The notes under the pieces: model-generated
Databases searched by the model: none
What the model saw: only the letters and a program-made list of their open reading frames with translations
Told to the model about the DNA's origin: nothing
Program-made: the position numbers and the translations under genes
Assembly (NCBI RefSeq): GCF_001194135.2
Contig: NC_068985.1
Span: forward strand, 62,999,204-63,063,203
Source: Octopus bimaculoides
Lineage: Eukaryota
Direction of reading: 5' to 3'
DNA: 64,000 nucleotides
Part shown: piece after piece, positions 1 to 12,488 of the stretch
How positions within the stretch are numbered: position 1 is the first letter of the stretch
How the letters are laid out: each line of letters starts with the position of its first letter

Positions 1-1571
1 ACATTAGGTAATGTAGTCCTAGTTAGTCCTAACATGACAGGCTGGTCACAGCTGATCTACTAGATTTGCTCAATCAGGATTGAGATGGAGATACATAACA
101 GCAATGACAGCTGTCTTGTAATCACCCTGTTACTATTTCTCTTGCAACTAACACTAAATTGGTTTCAACTATATCACTTTGTCATAATCATTATCATAGT
201 AACTTCAATGATCAACACGTTCAGTTGTTTCTCTACCCACTTATAAACATGACACTAAAACACCTCACTAGTTGCCTGTCTTCCTAAGTGTCAGGGTGCG
301 AAGTAACATTTAATATAACAACAAATCAACCATGAACCAACAATGCTCTGCAGCTGTAACTGCATCATTAACAAGTGGGTAGCTGCAATATTAAAAACAA
401 AATACTTATCATTTCCTCAAGAAAAAAACACAAAATGTTGTCAAGCAAATTGTCTTTCAAGTCACCATTTCTGTCTTGAGTATAACAGCAATACAGTTAG
501 AGCAACTCATTTCTCTTTTGCCAATCCTTTGTAGTGTACAATAATTGCATAACAATAATATTTAGTTTCCTTGAATGAGATAAAAGAATCTCTCCTTTCA
601 CTCATTCTTTTTAACTTGTGCCTGCTCAAAAAGTAAATGCAGCTTCATATACTAATAACAACAATGTGTTAAGATGTATCTCACCAATGAGAAGTTAAAG
701 GAAAACTTGCCATGCTGTGACTGAATTAATCCTGGTCATGCCCACTGTGGCCACCACTGAAACTATCTGATACACAAACATGAATTGTTTATGTACAGGG
801 AAGCAGTATGTCTGGATTGTTAAAATGGATCTTATATGACAAACATTGCATGTTGGGATGTACTGTATAGTTTCTCAGTTTTGCAGAGGTATGGAATTAA
901 CTGGAATAGATTATACCTAATTGTTTCACTGACTTCATGAGTACCATAAATATGCTTACTTAGGGGTTGGCCTAGTGTTAAACAAGAACAGAACAATGCC
1001 ATTAAAGGGAAAATAAAGTGATTCCTGATGAATAATTTCGTAGGACAAAGTGAGTGCTGTTGTTTAGCTCTCAGTCATTCTTGATTGAGTTGATCTATGA
1101 TTTAAGGCAGTCCAGCTGTGACCATCCCACTTACTTATTTACAATCCATTCAATATGTTCTTCCTTTTTCAAAATGGTAGAGTGTGATTTGAGGGAGATT
1201 AAGTTGTAATTTTAAGCAAGATGACATGTAGAGGCTGTCATTTTCTTCCATGTCTGTGGTGTGCCATGAAGATAACGGCATTAATATAAAGGTTAATGAA
1301 ATCAGAGATGACAGAACGCTGACTCTCACTAATGTTGTTGACATTGAATAATCCAAACTATTACAACTGTGAAACTTGATAGGGATTTGTTTATTGTAAA
1401 TGCAAAATGGATTTGAAAGGGCAAAAATATAATTATGAAAAATCTATAGAACAAATCAAATTAAGGGTTTACTGTATATCTGTGTATGCATTACTATTGG
1501 GTAGTTTGCTGTATATTTTTGTACAAATTACTAAATGATATTATAGTAAGAAATATATTATATCTTTACAG

Positions 1572-1712
1572 TGATATTGTAGCAAACTCATAAGAGGCGG
1601 AGAGAGAATGTAGGTTCGTTTGCCCGAACATGAGAAATTATTGATTTCTCATTGGTTAAAAATTACTGCCCATATATGAATTCTGAACTTCATTGAAGAA
1701 GTCTTTCACGAG
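1572..1712 (+). other. Possible non-coding (5' UTR) exon within a locally CpG-rich, promoter-like segment
   Basis: Acceptor tatctttacag at 1561-1571 and donor GAG|GTATGG at 1712/1713. All three frames contain stops. CpGs are frequent at ~1600-2490 and rare on both sides. Confidence 0.3.
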
Positions 1713-1773
1713 GTATGGTTTTAGGATTTGTGTATGAGCAGTTATAAAAACCCTGATTTTTGGGAAACTCTCC

Positions 1774-1896
1774 AGTGATCATTGGATTGACACTCAAATC
1801 CATGACACTCACTCAAGTGATCGTTGGATGCCACTCAAATCCACGACACTCACTCAAGTGATCGTTGGGTTGTGACTCAAATCCATGACACTCACC
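1774..1896. repeat. Minisatellite, ~41-bp unit x3
   Basis: The unit aagtgatcgttggatgccactcaaatccatgacactcactc is repeated three times with a few substitutions and no unique spacers. Confidence 0.85.
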
Positions 1897-2490
1897 CTCT
1901 TGAGTATCGGCTAATATTTATACCATGTTCAATACTCAAATCCGACAATATTGAATTGTTATGAACTCTTATAACTAGAATGAAAGATTAGTTAGTATAA
2001 AATTTAAGTTGTAATTCTCTACGACGAAATAACTTTATTTCTAACTGTTCTATGAATGCCAAAAATGTACATAATAAACTGATGTAGAAATTTAATTCCT
2101 TTTACTTCTCGTTTCTTTCAACTTGTTGAATTTATTTCTGTATATTAATGAAACTGTATTTTTTTATGTGTAACAGTCAAAAAAATATAATCTATATCCT
2201 CAACATACATGTACGTATGAACGCACGTTCAGCATTTTGGTATGTATACATCATAACATTTACGCAGCCTAAACTAAGAGTTATGCTTAGTGATAAATAC
2301 TTATAATTAAGTTATAAGTAACGAGATTATCATTATAGCTTTTAATTAAGAAACAATAATATTTGTTATAACTTACGATTTGTTATAACTTACATTGTAA
2401 ATAAAGATATAGTATATTTCTCACTATCCGACCTGTTATTTACATAAAAATATATTTGTAAGTAAATATATTATTTTTCTTTCGTTTCAG

Positions 2491-5400
2491 GTTCTCTATT
2501 TACAATATTTGACAAGTCAAAAGATGACAGAACATCTGGTATATTGATGCATTTCAAAGATGATGCTTCATCAGTCGAAACTTCAGTGAATTTGTTTTCT
2601 AGTTTTACACAAACTCAAGCCAAATCATTCCCTCAGCAATATCAACTTGAAGTTCTTCTTAGTCCTTCTAGTTCTTCTTATTTCCAGTCTAGTTCATCTA
2701 TTTTACTTTCCTCAAATAATTTACAAACTAATGGCCCCTCAGTTTCTTTGGCATCATCTTTAGTTGAAGCTTGTCTTTCAATTTCTATGTTTAACAGTCT
2801 TACTGCCAATATTGAAGACCCTAATAATTTGCATTCCATTGAAATATCACAATCCGAATTTGTATCTGAAGGTGACAGCTCCATTTCAGATATTCTTAGT
2901 CCATATTTCCAACCACTTGATAACTTTTTTTCTATATCTAATTCTTTGTTACTAAATTCAACTAGCCAAATATTGAAATCTATTTTAGCACTAGAAAATT
3001 TAAATGATTCTATGGCATTGGAAAACTTTCCTGTTGTCAAAATGAAACCATTAATGAAGGAGCAGAACATCAACCAAAGTAAATTTGATTCACAGATTTA
3101 TACCAGTTTTACTGGAGTCAATTCTTTAAATATTAACAGTAGACTATTGAATATAAATACTAGTTATGCACATAATTTTAAACAACAGCCACACACTCAA
3201 ATTAATTCAGACTCTCCATTTGATGAAATGATGTCAGAATCACAATTATTTTCATCATCATTTACTGTGAAATCATCACAGCCTTATATATCCCCTATTT
3301 TTCAAACTAAAAGTAAACTTCTCTCAGAGATGCAAACTCGATCAGATTTTAATCTTAATGCAAAACAATATTTTATTCAGAAGAATATTAATTCTTTATC
3401 TACATTGAAAGATCTTATAACCAAAAAGTTTGTCCCTACTGAGACAGAGAATCTACATGGAGCTCTAATAATTTATTCTACCCAACAAATGCTATGGGCT
3501 AATTCTAAGACAGAAAGTATGTTACCATATCAATATGATCAAACTAAACTATTTGTTCTTCATCCTTCACAATCACAAATTTCTCAAATAGATGAAATAG
3601 AAAGTCTGTATCCAATCAATAAAAATCAAATATTCTTATACAGTGACCATTTCTTGGGATCTTTTCAAAGTGCAATATCCCAGAGTTATTCAAGCCCATT
3701 TAAACATTTTACCACAAATGAGAGATCATTTTCTGATTTGAAGTTCTCTCTATCAGGAAAGACTTTTGCCTCAGTAAATGATCCAGCTTCTTCCACTTTT
3801 AGAAGACCTATTACCAATTCGGATTATTCATTGGAATCTAATTCATTACATCAGCCAAAATTTGTCAAACTAACCATATCTCAGTTGATCTCAGCTTATT
3901 TTGATGAATCTCAAATACGTTTTGATAGTAAAGAGCTTTTATATATGGCAACTGCTGCTACCATTTCGGAAATACCTCAACAACAAACAAAATGGTTAAG
4001 TAACTCTTTCAATTTTCAGAAATCTTTTCACAATAATTTGTATCAATTTATCATACCAATGTCTCATTTTAATGATAATCAATCATTACTACCATCATTA
4101 AAGTCTGAAACTTGGGATATATTTAATGAATTTTGGAAATCAAAACTTGAGCCAGTGATAATGAAATCATCTGAAGCTAATCTTTTTGGCTCTAATAGTG
4201 ATAATTTAGTTCCATCTTTGAGACATCAAACAACAGATGTTGTAAATCCTACCCAGAGCATGTTACAACATTTCTTGGAGAATTTGTATACAGAGTCTGA
4301 TACAAAAGAATCTCCATACTTATCAAATACAGAAATATTGGAACCATCTGAGACTGTGAGTTTAGTTAATGTTGAGGACTTTTTGTTGAGGACCTTACAA
4401 AATATTTTCCCATTATTTGTGTCTTTAGGAAGAACTAATACAGACACTTCCTTTACTTCATCTTCAGAAGAATTATTTCATTTACTAAATTCAGGTCTTT
4501 CATTTCATACTCAACCTTCTCACAGCATGGAACTTTTACAACCATCTACTCACACATACATTCCTATTACTGATTTATCTGAACTATCTTTAACTTCTTC
4601 ACAGATTCAAATGCCATCAAGTTTTCAAGGTCCAGTTAATTTTGATCTTATGAACAAATTTTCTTCACCTAATATGATCTTTTACTCAGATTCTGAACAA
4701 ATATTTCAAACCTCTCCTGAAAATTTCCAACCATCTCTTACCAAATCAAATGTCTTCAGTGAGGGGCATGATAGTTATATTTATGATAGCTTACACTCAA
4801 AATTGGAAATTATTACAGCACCAAAAGATTCATTTGATAAAACTCAGAGTTATTCCAATCCTGTTATTTCCAGCCATATTCCAGAATTAATTGATTCATA
4901 TTCAAGTTTTTCAACTTTAGAAATACCTGAAAATACTTATTTCTCTACGTCTTTATTACCTCTAACATCATTGAAGTACTTAATTAGTACATCATTAACT
5001 CCCGAAGTAATTTATTCAAATCCTTTTCTGCCTAATTCCATTCAGTTTGATAAACCAAAATTTTCACTATATTCTCCTGAAATAATTGAAATATCTTCTA
5101 TGATTGATCAGTTTACACAAGAATTGCCATTGATTACAACTTCAGTTATTGAAAATACCATAGAATCAAATTTCAAATATTCTCCAACATCTACTTCTTC
5201 ACAAAGTTCAAATTTCATTAGTTCCACAGAAAATGGAAATACTTCCATATTGGCATCATCCTACTCCAGTAATTCAGTGAATCCTGTTTATGATTCTTCA
5301 GTGATAAATGTTGCTGTCACCAATTTTACCATGCATAATAGTTTGGTATCAACCTTACATTCTGACATTGACTATCAACTGGAATCTATATATTCATCAT

Positions 5401-5883
5401 CAGAATCTGTTTATCTATATTCATCTCAGACACCACTGTTTGTGTTGTCAAGTTTTATTAGTGAAGATAAAGAATCTAACCATTTAATTCCAGAATTTAG
5501 CTATCTGTATTCATCTCAGACATCTATGCTTGTATCATCAAGTTTTATTAGTGAAGATAATTCAAACCCCAAATCTTCCTCAAATATATCTAATTCTAGT
5601 GTATTCGCTTCAAATAATTTAACACTTTCATCCAAACAAATGGCAACTTTGTTGATATCAAATTATACTTTAGCATCAATTAATATCAATACTTCAACAA
5701 AACAAGAGTCATTGAATAATAACTCTGAAACAAAGCGAATTTCAAATCTTTTGACTGCTACAGAAAGTAGTTCCATGCAAAAAGCTGAATTTTATGCTTC
5801 TACTTCATCTGTATTGGAAATGTTTTCTCGAAACATGCAGCTCAACAACAGCCTTTATTTTCAACATTTTTGGATTGTTACAA
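2491..5883 (+). CDS. Very large exon encoding a Ser/Thr-rich low-complexity (mucin-like/disordered) region of about 1130 aa; gene not identified
   Basis: The 2544-6113 ORF stays open back to a strong acceptor (ttatttttctttcgtttcag|GT at 2490/2491). A donor AA|GTAAGC lies at 5883/5884. Length 3393 = 1131x3, phase 1 at both ends. The ORF tail beyond 5883 contains a (TA)n run and looks intronic. First ATG is at 2547. No recognisable domain. Confidence 0.7.
5401..5560 (+). repeat. Intragenic 90-nt (30-aa) period duplication
   Basis: 5401-5470 and 5491-5560 encode YLYSSQTPLFVLSSFISED and YLYSSQTSMLVSSSFISED. Confidence 0.85.
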
Positions 5884-6865
5884 GTAAGCCAATTTTAGTG
5901 ATATTTCTATTTTTACTTGGTCACACAAAATACTTTACTGTTCTGTGTCTTTCACATTCTTCCTATATATATATATATGTTAATGTCTTATTTATAGTCA
6001 GAAATATGGTAGAATCTGCTGTTGCTGATGATGATAATGACAGTGATGGTGACGATATGATTCTCATTGTAGAATCTGTTGAAGCATTGCTGTATAAAGA
6101 AAGCAAAACATGAAGTTTGGTTTATTTCCTTGGGCCCGAATGTCAACATGTCAAATACTAAACTTAATATCAGTGACATGGAGCATGGCACTGCAGGGAC
6201 CTTGGCAGATATGTAATACAGGAGATGGTACATCTTGTTTAATTTTATTGCGATTTTCTTTCTGTTTATTTTGTTTCCTCAAAGATTTACTATTTGGTGG
6301 CCAGCTTGGAGTTCCTAACATATCTAATCTTTAAGACCCAATTAAAACATATGTTGCTAACCCACCAAGTTTGTTGAATTTCCATTTTTTAATTGTATTA
6401 ACTTGTTCTGAACCTCCCCACCATCTGAGGCACTTTCATGCAGAGCTTTGTTTCCTTTCCTTATAACTACTTTTGTTAATCTCTTCCCCTTTTCACTTTT
6501 GCTGCTGTTTCTAGCACAGTGAGTGTCTCTATAGATACTACCATATTGGCACATTTTTAGCAGGTCTCCTTTTATTGGTTTGTAGGTGTTAGATGTGAAC
6601 AGAAACCATTGTTCTTCCTCTATAGGGAAGTCTGTGAATCAGTCTGTTAAGGTTTCTAATAGAATCTAAAAGAACTGTGGTTTAAAGATAATGTAGCAGC
6701 ACAGAACCTCAAACACTGGGGGTATTCAGATATTGTTCACGATTAACAATGTTTAAAAAAGGGACAACCTTGAAAAAATGATTATTTTCAGGGAAGAAAT
6801 TATTATTTATGATTCTGTAAAATTATGAATATTATAATTGATATGTGTGTATGTGTATATATATA

Positions 6866-6892
6866 TCTATGTATATAAAACTGAGGACGTGT

Positions 6893-6963
<71 letters not shown>

Positions 6964-7050
6964 CCCACAGAACTTTTGAAGTTCACAACCGATTTTCTCC
7001 AAATTGGGAACATACATTACTTATGTTCCAGAGATAGTTTTAGACTCTTA
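6866..7050 (+). mobile_element. Probable 5' end of a non-autonomous Helitron-like element
   Basis: tctatgtatataaaactga, then (TG)n, then aaccgattttctccaaattgg. This layout is typical of invertebrate non-autonomous Helitron 5' ends. No 3' hairpin/CTAG found. Confidence 0.35.
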
Positions 7051-7189
7051 AAATTTTTCACATAATGAAGAAGGGGACCCTGGGAACAGAAAACCCCTTT
7101 TCCTGGGTAAACAATACAAGCAATTGCGTAACTTGGTTGCTTTGTTGGTTCAAGGGACATATTGATGACATTTTTTCTACCTCTATATA

Positions 7190-8037
7190 TTGGGTCATCC
7201 CATAAATAACACAGTTTTTTATACTTCTTTTATTTTTCAAAATTATAAGATAAACAAGGTTCCTTTTTAATCTAAAATTTATGATGAAAAATACTCTTCC
7301 AGTACTGTTCTGACTTCATCTACAGAATTCATATTTTTTCCATCCGAATGATTTTGAGGACTGCGGAATAAATGATAATCAGATGGGGCAATATCTGGCA
7401 AATATGGTGGGTGGAGCATTGTTTCCCATTCAAACTGCTCCGGCCTTTGGAATGTCATACTTGCTGTATGTGGCTGAGCATTATCCTGATGGAAGAACAC
7501 CTTTTGTCTTGAAACCAAATATGGTCGTTTTCCAATGGCACACAGGTGTTAATGAATGGTTGAATGACCAAATCCAAGCTTCTCTGTTAGTTCCTCAACA
7601 GTTACAATGGAATTTTGTTCCATCAGGGTTTGTAGGATGTCCTCATCAAGCTCTACAAATCTTCCAGGATGAGACTCATCTTCTAGGCTGTAGTTTCTGG
7701 CTCGGAATTTCTGGAACAACCATTGACACTGGCTTACTCTTATTGTCCAATCCCCATATACTGCATTAATATGCCTCACACTTTCCATTGCATTGTTGCG
7801 TTTATTGAACTCATAGAGCAAAATATGCTGAATATGCTCCTTTGTCACTTCCATTATAGCTTTGAAAAAATGACTGTTAAAATTGAAATGCACTCTTCAA
7901 AATTTGCACTAAGAATAAGTACAAGGTAAAATTACTACCTGCTTTTATAGTAAGCTGATGCAGCTAGTTTATCCTGTTCTCCTCCGACTTTTAGTGCATG
8001 TAATTGAAAAAACTGCATTATTTATGGGATGACCCAA
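7190..8037 (-). mobile_element. Mariner (DD34D, Mos1/Hsmar-like) element, internally deleted
   Basis: TIRs ttgggtcatcccataaataacacagtttttt (7190-7220) and aaaaaactgcattatttatgggatgacccaa (8007-8037) differ at 2 positions, with TA on the left. ORF 7549-7893 is the HTH (KEHIQHILLYEF...EDESHPGR). ORF 7279-7518 is the catalytic C-terminus (FHQDNAQPH...HPPYLPDIAPSDYHLFR). The central part is missing. Confidence 0.92.
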
Positions 8038-8261
8038 TGTTATGCTTTTTCTCTACTGATCTGTTACGGAGCTGAATTGATGCTGCTTTCCAGTGATTGA
8101 TAGTTATCTGAATTCACTGCCAATCAACAGTTTTTGTAGCAAAAATCTCAGATGGTTCTGAGATTTTAGTACTGTAGCAAAGCTGTAATCAAATTGTATT
8201 ACAGTAGCCAGTAGTTGTTCGTGTGTTCTGATGCTGACAAAATGACAGACGTGGGCAGCAG

Positions 8262-8480
8262 AACAATTGTGGCTGCATGGTAAGAAGTTTGCTTCACAAC
8301 CACATGGTTCCAGGTTTAGTCCCACTGTGTGACACCTTGAGCCGACCAAAGCCTTGTGAGTGGATTTGGTAGATGGAAACTGAAAGAAGCTCGATGGATG
8401 GATGGATGGATGGATAGATGACGGACAGACAGACAGACAGACAGATGGCCATAGTCTAGTGACTGAAACAAGTAAAAGAT
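8262..8480 (+). mobile_element. SINE family A, decayed copy
   Basis: Matches the family A head and tail with internal deletions and CpG>TpG changes. Confidence 0.7.
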
Positions 8481-9399
8481 AAAGGATAAAATATATACTC
8501 TCCAGTACCAAAAAATTGTACAAAATATACTAGAATCAGCAATAAAACAAACATGCAAATTAACTAAATATTATTTCTCATATAAATCTGTCCAACTATG
8601 AAGAAAGTATTAAATCCTTTCATTAGGCAAGCTTTTGATCTCTGCCTTACAGGGCATTAAAAAATCAGCGCTTCAGAAGAAAACAAGGAATTCTGGTTTA
8701 AGCACCCCATATAACTCCTCATAACTTTTTTATTTTTTCAAATTTTCAGAAAATTTTTGTGAATTTGTGTTCTACGCATGGGAATTCATATGATTAAGGA
8801 AGAAAAAATTTTTTTTAACCCCATAAATCTTAAAAGTTCCACTCTTTTTCGAATGTTTTTTTGAATTCAGAGTTTGAAATACAGACCGTTCTTGAGTGCA
8901 TCATTATTCCATTAAATGAGTTTATGGGGAGAAAAAAATAGACACATAACAGAATGATAAAGAAATGAGTGTAGCTTTGTTAAGCTATACACAAATAAAC
9001 TCACAGAGATGAGAATGTATTAGTGAAAGATCTATTCCCATAAGTACATCAGGGTGACAGCCACCTCTTTAAGGCCAACTCGACTGAAAGTCTACTTCAC
9101 TGCAGACCAGATCCCTAGCTAGCCTGCAGCAAAGTTCCTGTCTGAAGTTTGTCTGTCATAAACCCTGCCCTACATAGCTCCCCTCCCGCTAGAACTGTTG
9201 ACTGTCATTGGAACCAGGAAGACGTTTTAATTGGAGAGTGGACCAGGACCTGCATCCCCTGTCAACAAGCCAAAGTTCATCAGCACACCAAAGCACCCCT
9301 TGGCAACTATGAACCACCACAGGCCCGTTTCAGCTGCTGAGATTTTCTTTTGGGGTGGTGTGGATTCCCAGCATCACCATGCAGTTGGGCCTGTTAAAT

Positions 9400-11800
9400 C
9401 TGGTTGTCAGGGATTCCTTCAAGTGGCAGTGAAATCTCTCCATTCCGTTGGCTTGTGGATGGTAGGCTGTTGTGCAGTTCATTGTGATTCCAAAACGGTC
9501 ACATGTCTTCCACAGCTTTGATGTGAATTGTAGACCCCACTCAGATGAGATGCTATCTGGGACACCAAAATGGGTGACTCAGTTTGCAATGAAAGCTCAG
9601 CTGACTTCTTGTGTTTCTGTGCTGCAGGCCAATGGGTATAGCGGTCTACCAAGGTCAATGAGTGTAGCGGTCTACCAAGGTCATTAGGTATAAGCAACCT
9701 TGTGATGGTTGACAAGGGTGCTGACAAGGTCGATATTGATGTGGCTGAAACAGGCGTGGTTCATAGTTGCCAAGCGGTGCTTTGGTGTGCTGATGAACCT
9801 TGGCTTGTTGACGGGATGCAGGTTTTGGTCTACTCTCAAATTTGCTTGGCCATACCATGCCAAATAAATCTGCTTGACAGCAGGTGCTGTGTGGTTGTAG
9901 TACCTGGGTGGGACAGTCTGTGAATGACATCGAAAACTTTCCTGTGCCAGGATGATGGGACAATTGGTTGTGGCTTCAGACAGTAGGGTTGTGCCGTTGG
10001 AGCCAATGTGCACATTCTGCAAGGAAAGTAACATGATGGCAGTGCGGTAGGACCTGATCTCATCATCTGTCTGTTGGGCTGTAGCCATAGTCACGTAATC
10101 CAGGCCTTCTGTTATTGGAGCTAGGTAGGTGTGAGAACAGGTCGGAGCACAAGAGAGTGCATCGGTGACTGGGTTGTCTTTTCCAGCTATATCTTGGGCG
10201 TCTGTAGTATAGTCAGAAATGGTTGGTAGCTGTCATTGCTGGCATGCAGACCAAAGCTCTGAGAGCTTGCTCATAGCAAAAGTGAGTGGTTTGTGGTCTG
10301 TGAACACTGTAACCTTGCAGCCTTCAAGGAAATAGCGAAAGTGGCAGACACCTAGATGGACAGCCAGTAGTTCCCTGTCAAAAGCACTGTATTTCTGTTC
10401 AGGGGGGTCATAGTTGTTGACTGAAGAAGGCGAGTGGTCACCACTGACTGTTGATGTGTTGTTCTAAAATACCCCCAAAGGCTGTGTCTGGGTCGTCAAC
10501 TGTAAGTGCAGTCCATGCTGACAAATGGAGATGGGACAGCATGATTGCTTTAGCCAGGGCCTGTTTTGTGGATTTGAAGGCTGAGATCATTGCACCATCC
10601 CACTTCACCTGTTTTTTTAACCATCTTTTGACAGTGCCTTGTATAGGAGTTTCATCACTCTTGCTGCAAAAGGGATGAAAAAAATGGTAAAAGTTTACCA
10701 TGCCCTTGTGTAGAGCCTTGCTTGTGGTGGGGTGTGGAAAGACATGATAGCTTTTCACTTTTTCCAGCAGGGGTGTAGCATCTGCATCTGTGATTCGATG
10801 TCCCAAGAAGTCAATTTCTGTAACACCAAAAACATACTTGGCAGGGTTGATTACTAAGCCATACTGTTCCAGTCTATCAAAAAGAGTCATTAGGTGCTTC
10901 TTGTGTAGCTCTGCATTTTGACTTGTGATAAGGATATCATCTAAGTATGCAAAGACAAAATCAAGACCTCTGCATACTGTGTTCATCAAGTGGAAGGATT
11001 GTGCTGTGTTTTTCAGGTGAAAGAGTGTACATAGGAATTCATACAGACCAAAAGGAGTGATCATGGTGGTTCTCAGTACATCATCATCATCTTGTCCTGG
11101 TATTTGATGGTAACCTCAGATGAGGTTGACCTTCAGGAAGACCGAGCACCCAGCAAGTTGGGCTGAGAGATCCTGTATGTGTAGAATGGGGTGCAGTCAG
11201 ATGTTGTATCTGCATTGAGACGGTGGTAATCTCTGTGGGGTTGATAACCTCCATTGGGTTTGGGGGACACATGCAGGGATGACAACCAGGGACTGTTTGA
11301 TTGGCGAACTATGCCCAACACCTCCATATTGTCAAACTCGGCCTTTGCGATAGCAAGTTTGTCTGGTGATAGATGATGTGCGCAGCTGTGCACTGGGAGG
11401 GACTGGTGGTGGGGATGTAGTGTGTCACTGTGGTGTATTGCAGGGATGGAGAATGTCGAGGTAGTGAGATTGGGGTGACTCACAAGGAGGTTTGAGAATT
11501 CATTCTTGGTCTGAGAGACGGTTGCTATGCGGNNNNNNNNNNNNNNGGGGGGGGGGGGGGTGCAGATGTTGCCAGAGACACAGAAGTGTATGTGTTGCTG
11601 TTGATGAGTCGTCTACCCTGCAAATCAACCAGTAGCAAGTGTGCTTGCAAGAAAGTCTCCTCTGATAATGGGCTGATGGACATCAGTGATGGTGAATGCC
11701 TATGTGTATTTTTGCGAGCCAATGTTGAAAGAAAGGATGTGATGACTGTACACCTTGATTGTAAACCTGTTGCAGCTGTTAAAGGTCGACCTCACTTTCC
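9400..11800 (-). pseudogene. Gypsy pol remnants (protease, RT, RNase H, integrase)
   Basis: FLQAHLLLVDLQGRRLI (PR); LSPDKLAIAKAEF...SNSPW and ITPFGLYEF...FAYLDDILI (RT); TAFGGILEQH and FTDHKPL region (RH); HRLSHPG, QQAKVH and LTLVDRYTHWP (IN). Many frameshifts and stops. Confidence 0.9.
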
Positions 11801-11929
11801 ATAATGGAGGTCCCTTGCCAACGTTGAGATCACACTGACTTCTGCTCCTGTGTCAATTAGGAACCTACATCTGGAGCTCCGATCACAGACATAGAGGAGC
11901 AGTTGATTGCATCTGCCGGCCACCAGGGC

Positions 11930-12488
11930 ATTCAATGGCAGCCAGCCTTGGAGTTTCCCTGAGCCAATGGGGAAGGGGTCCTGAAGCTACATGGTTGTTT
12001 GCTCTTTGTAGTCTTTTTCCTGAACTTTGTATGGTAGAAGCACAGGTTGTCTTGCTTAACTCTACCATGTCTTGGGTCCAACCCTGTGGTGTTTACCATA
12101 ACATCACTGGATAAAAAATGCTTGTCGGCTGCTTTCACTAACTGCTGCAGGTCCTTGATCTCGGTCTGAGTTATGAGAGCTTGGACCTGGAGTGGTAACT
12201 TGTGGAGGAATATTTCCCTAATGCCAACATCTTGTCCATCAACTTCGAAGGCTTAGAATTACCTAATTCCTCCTCCAGTATCTTGGCTGCTGCTTCTTGT
12301 TCACTGCACCGGAATGTATTCACCAGTCTGTCTTTTAATGTGTATTTGTGTGTTGCTGGGGATTGGGTTAAAATGTCCAGCATCCTCGTTGCCGTATCTT
12401 CATACAGTGCCGCTACAACATATGAATATTTTGTTAGGTCTGCAGTTATTTTGTGTATGTTAATTTGGGTTTCTGCCTGTGCGAACAT
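11930..12488 (-). pseudogene. Gypsy gag remnant with CHCC-type motif
   Basis: FAQAETQ...TKYSYVVAAL...LGNSKPSKLMDKMLALG, plus LCFYHTKFRKKTTKSKQPCSF (C-x2-H-x9-C-x3-C with the third C replaced by S). Confidence 0.85.

Noticed and set aside
1150-1356. 68-aa minus-strand ORF with a hydrophobic N-terminus
   Set aside because: Short, with no recognisable motif or convincing splice context; expected by chance.
1774-1896. 41-bp repeat as a CRISPR array
   Set aside because: The units are contiguous with no unique spacers, the context is eukaryotic, and there are no cas genes.
5884-6113. C-terminal 76 aa of the 1189-aa ORF as real protein
   Set aside because: It lies after a good donor and includes (TA)n-derived YIYIY and (GAT)n-like sequence; most likely intron read-through.
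6586-6650. Possible next or terminal exon (VRCEQKPLFFLYREVCESVC*)
   Set aside because: The acceptor and phase fit, but it stops after 20 codons and nothing independent supports it.
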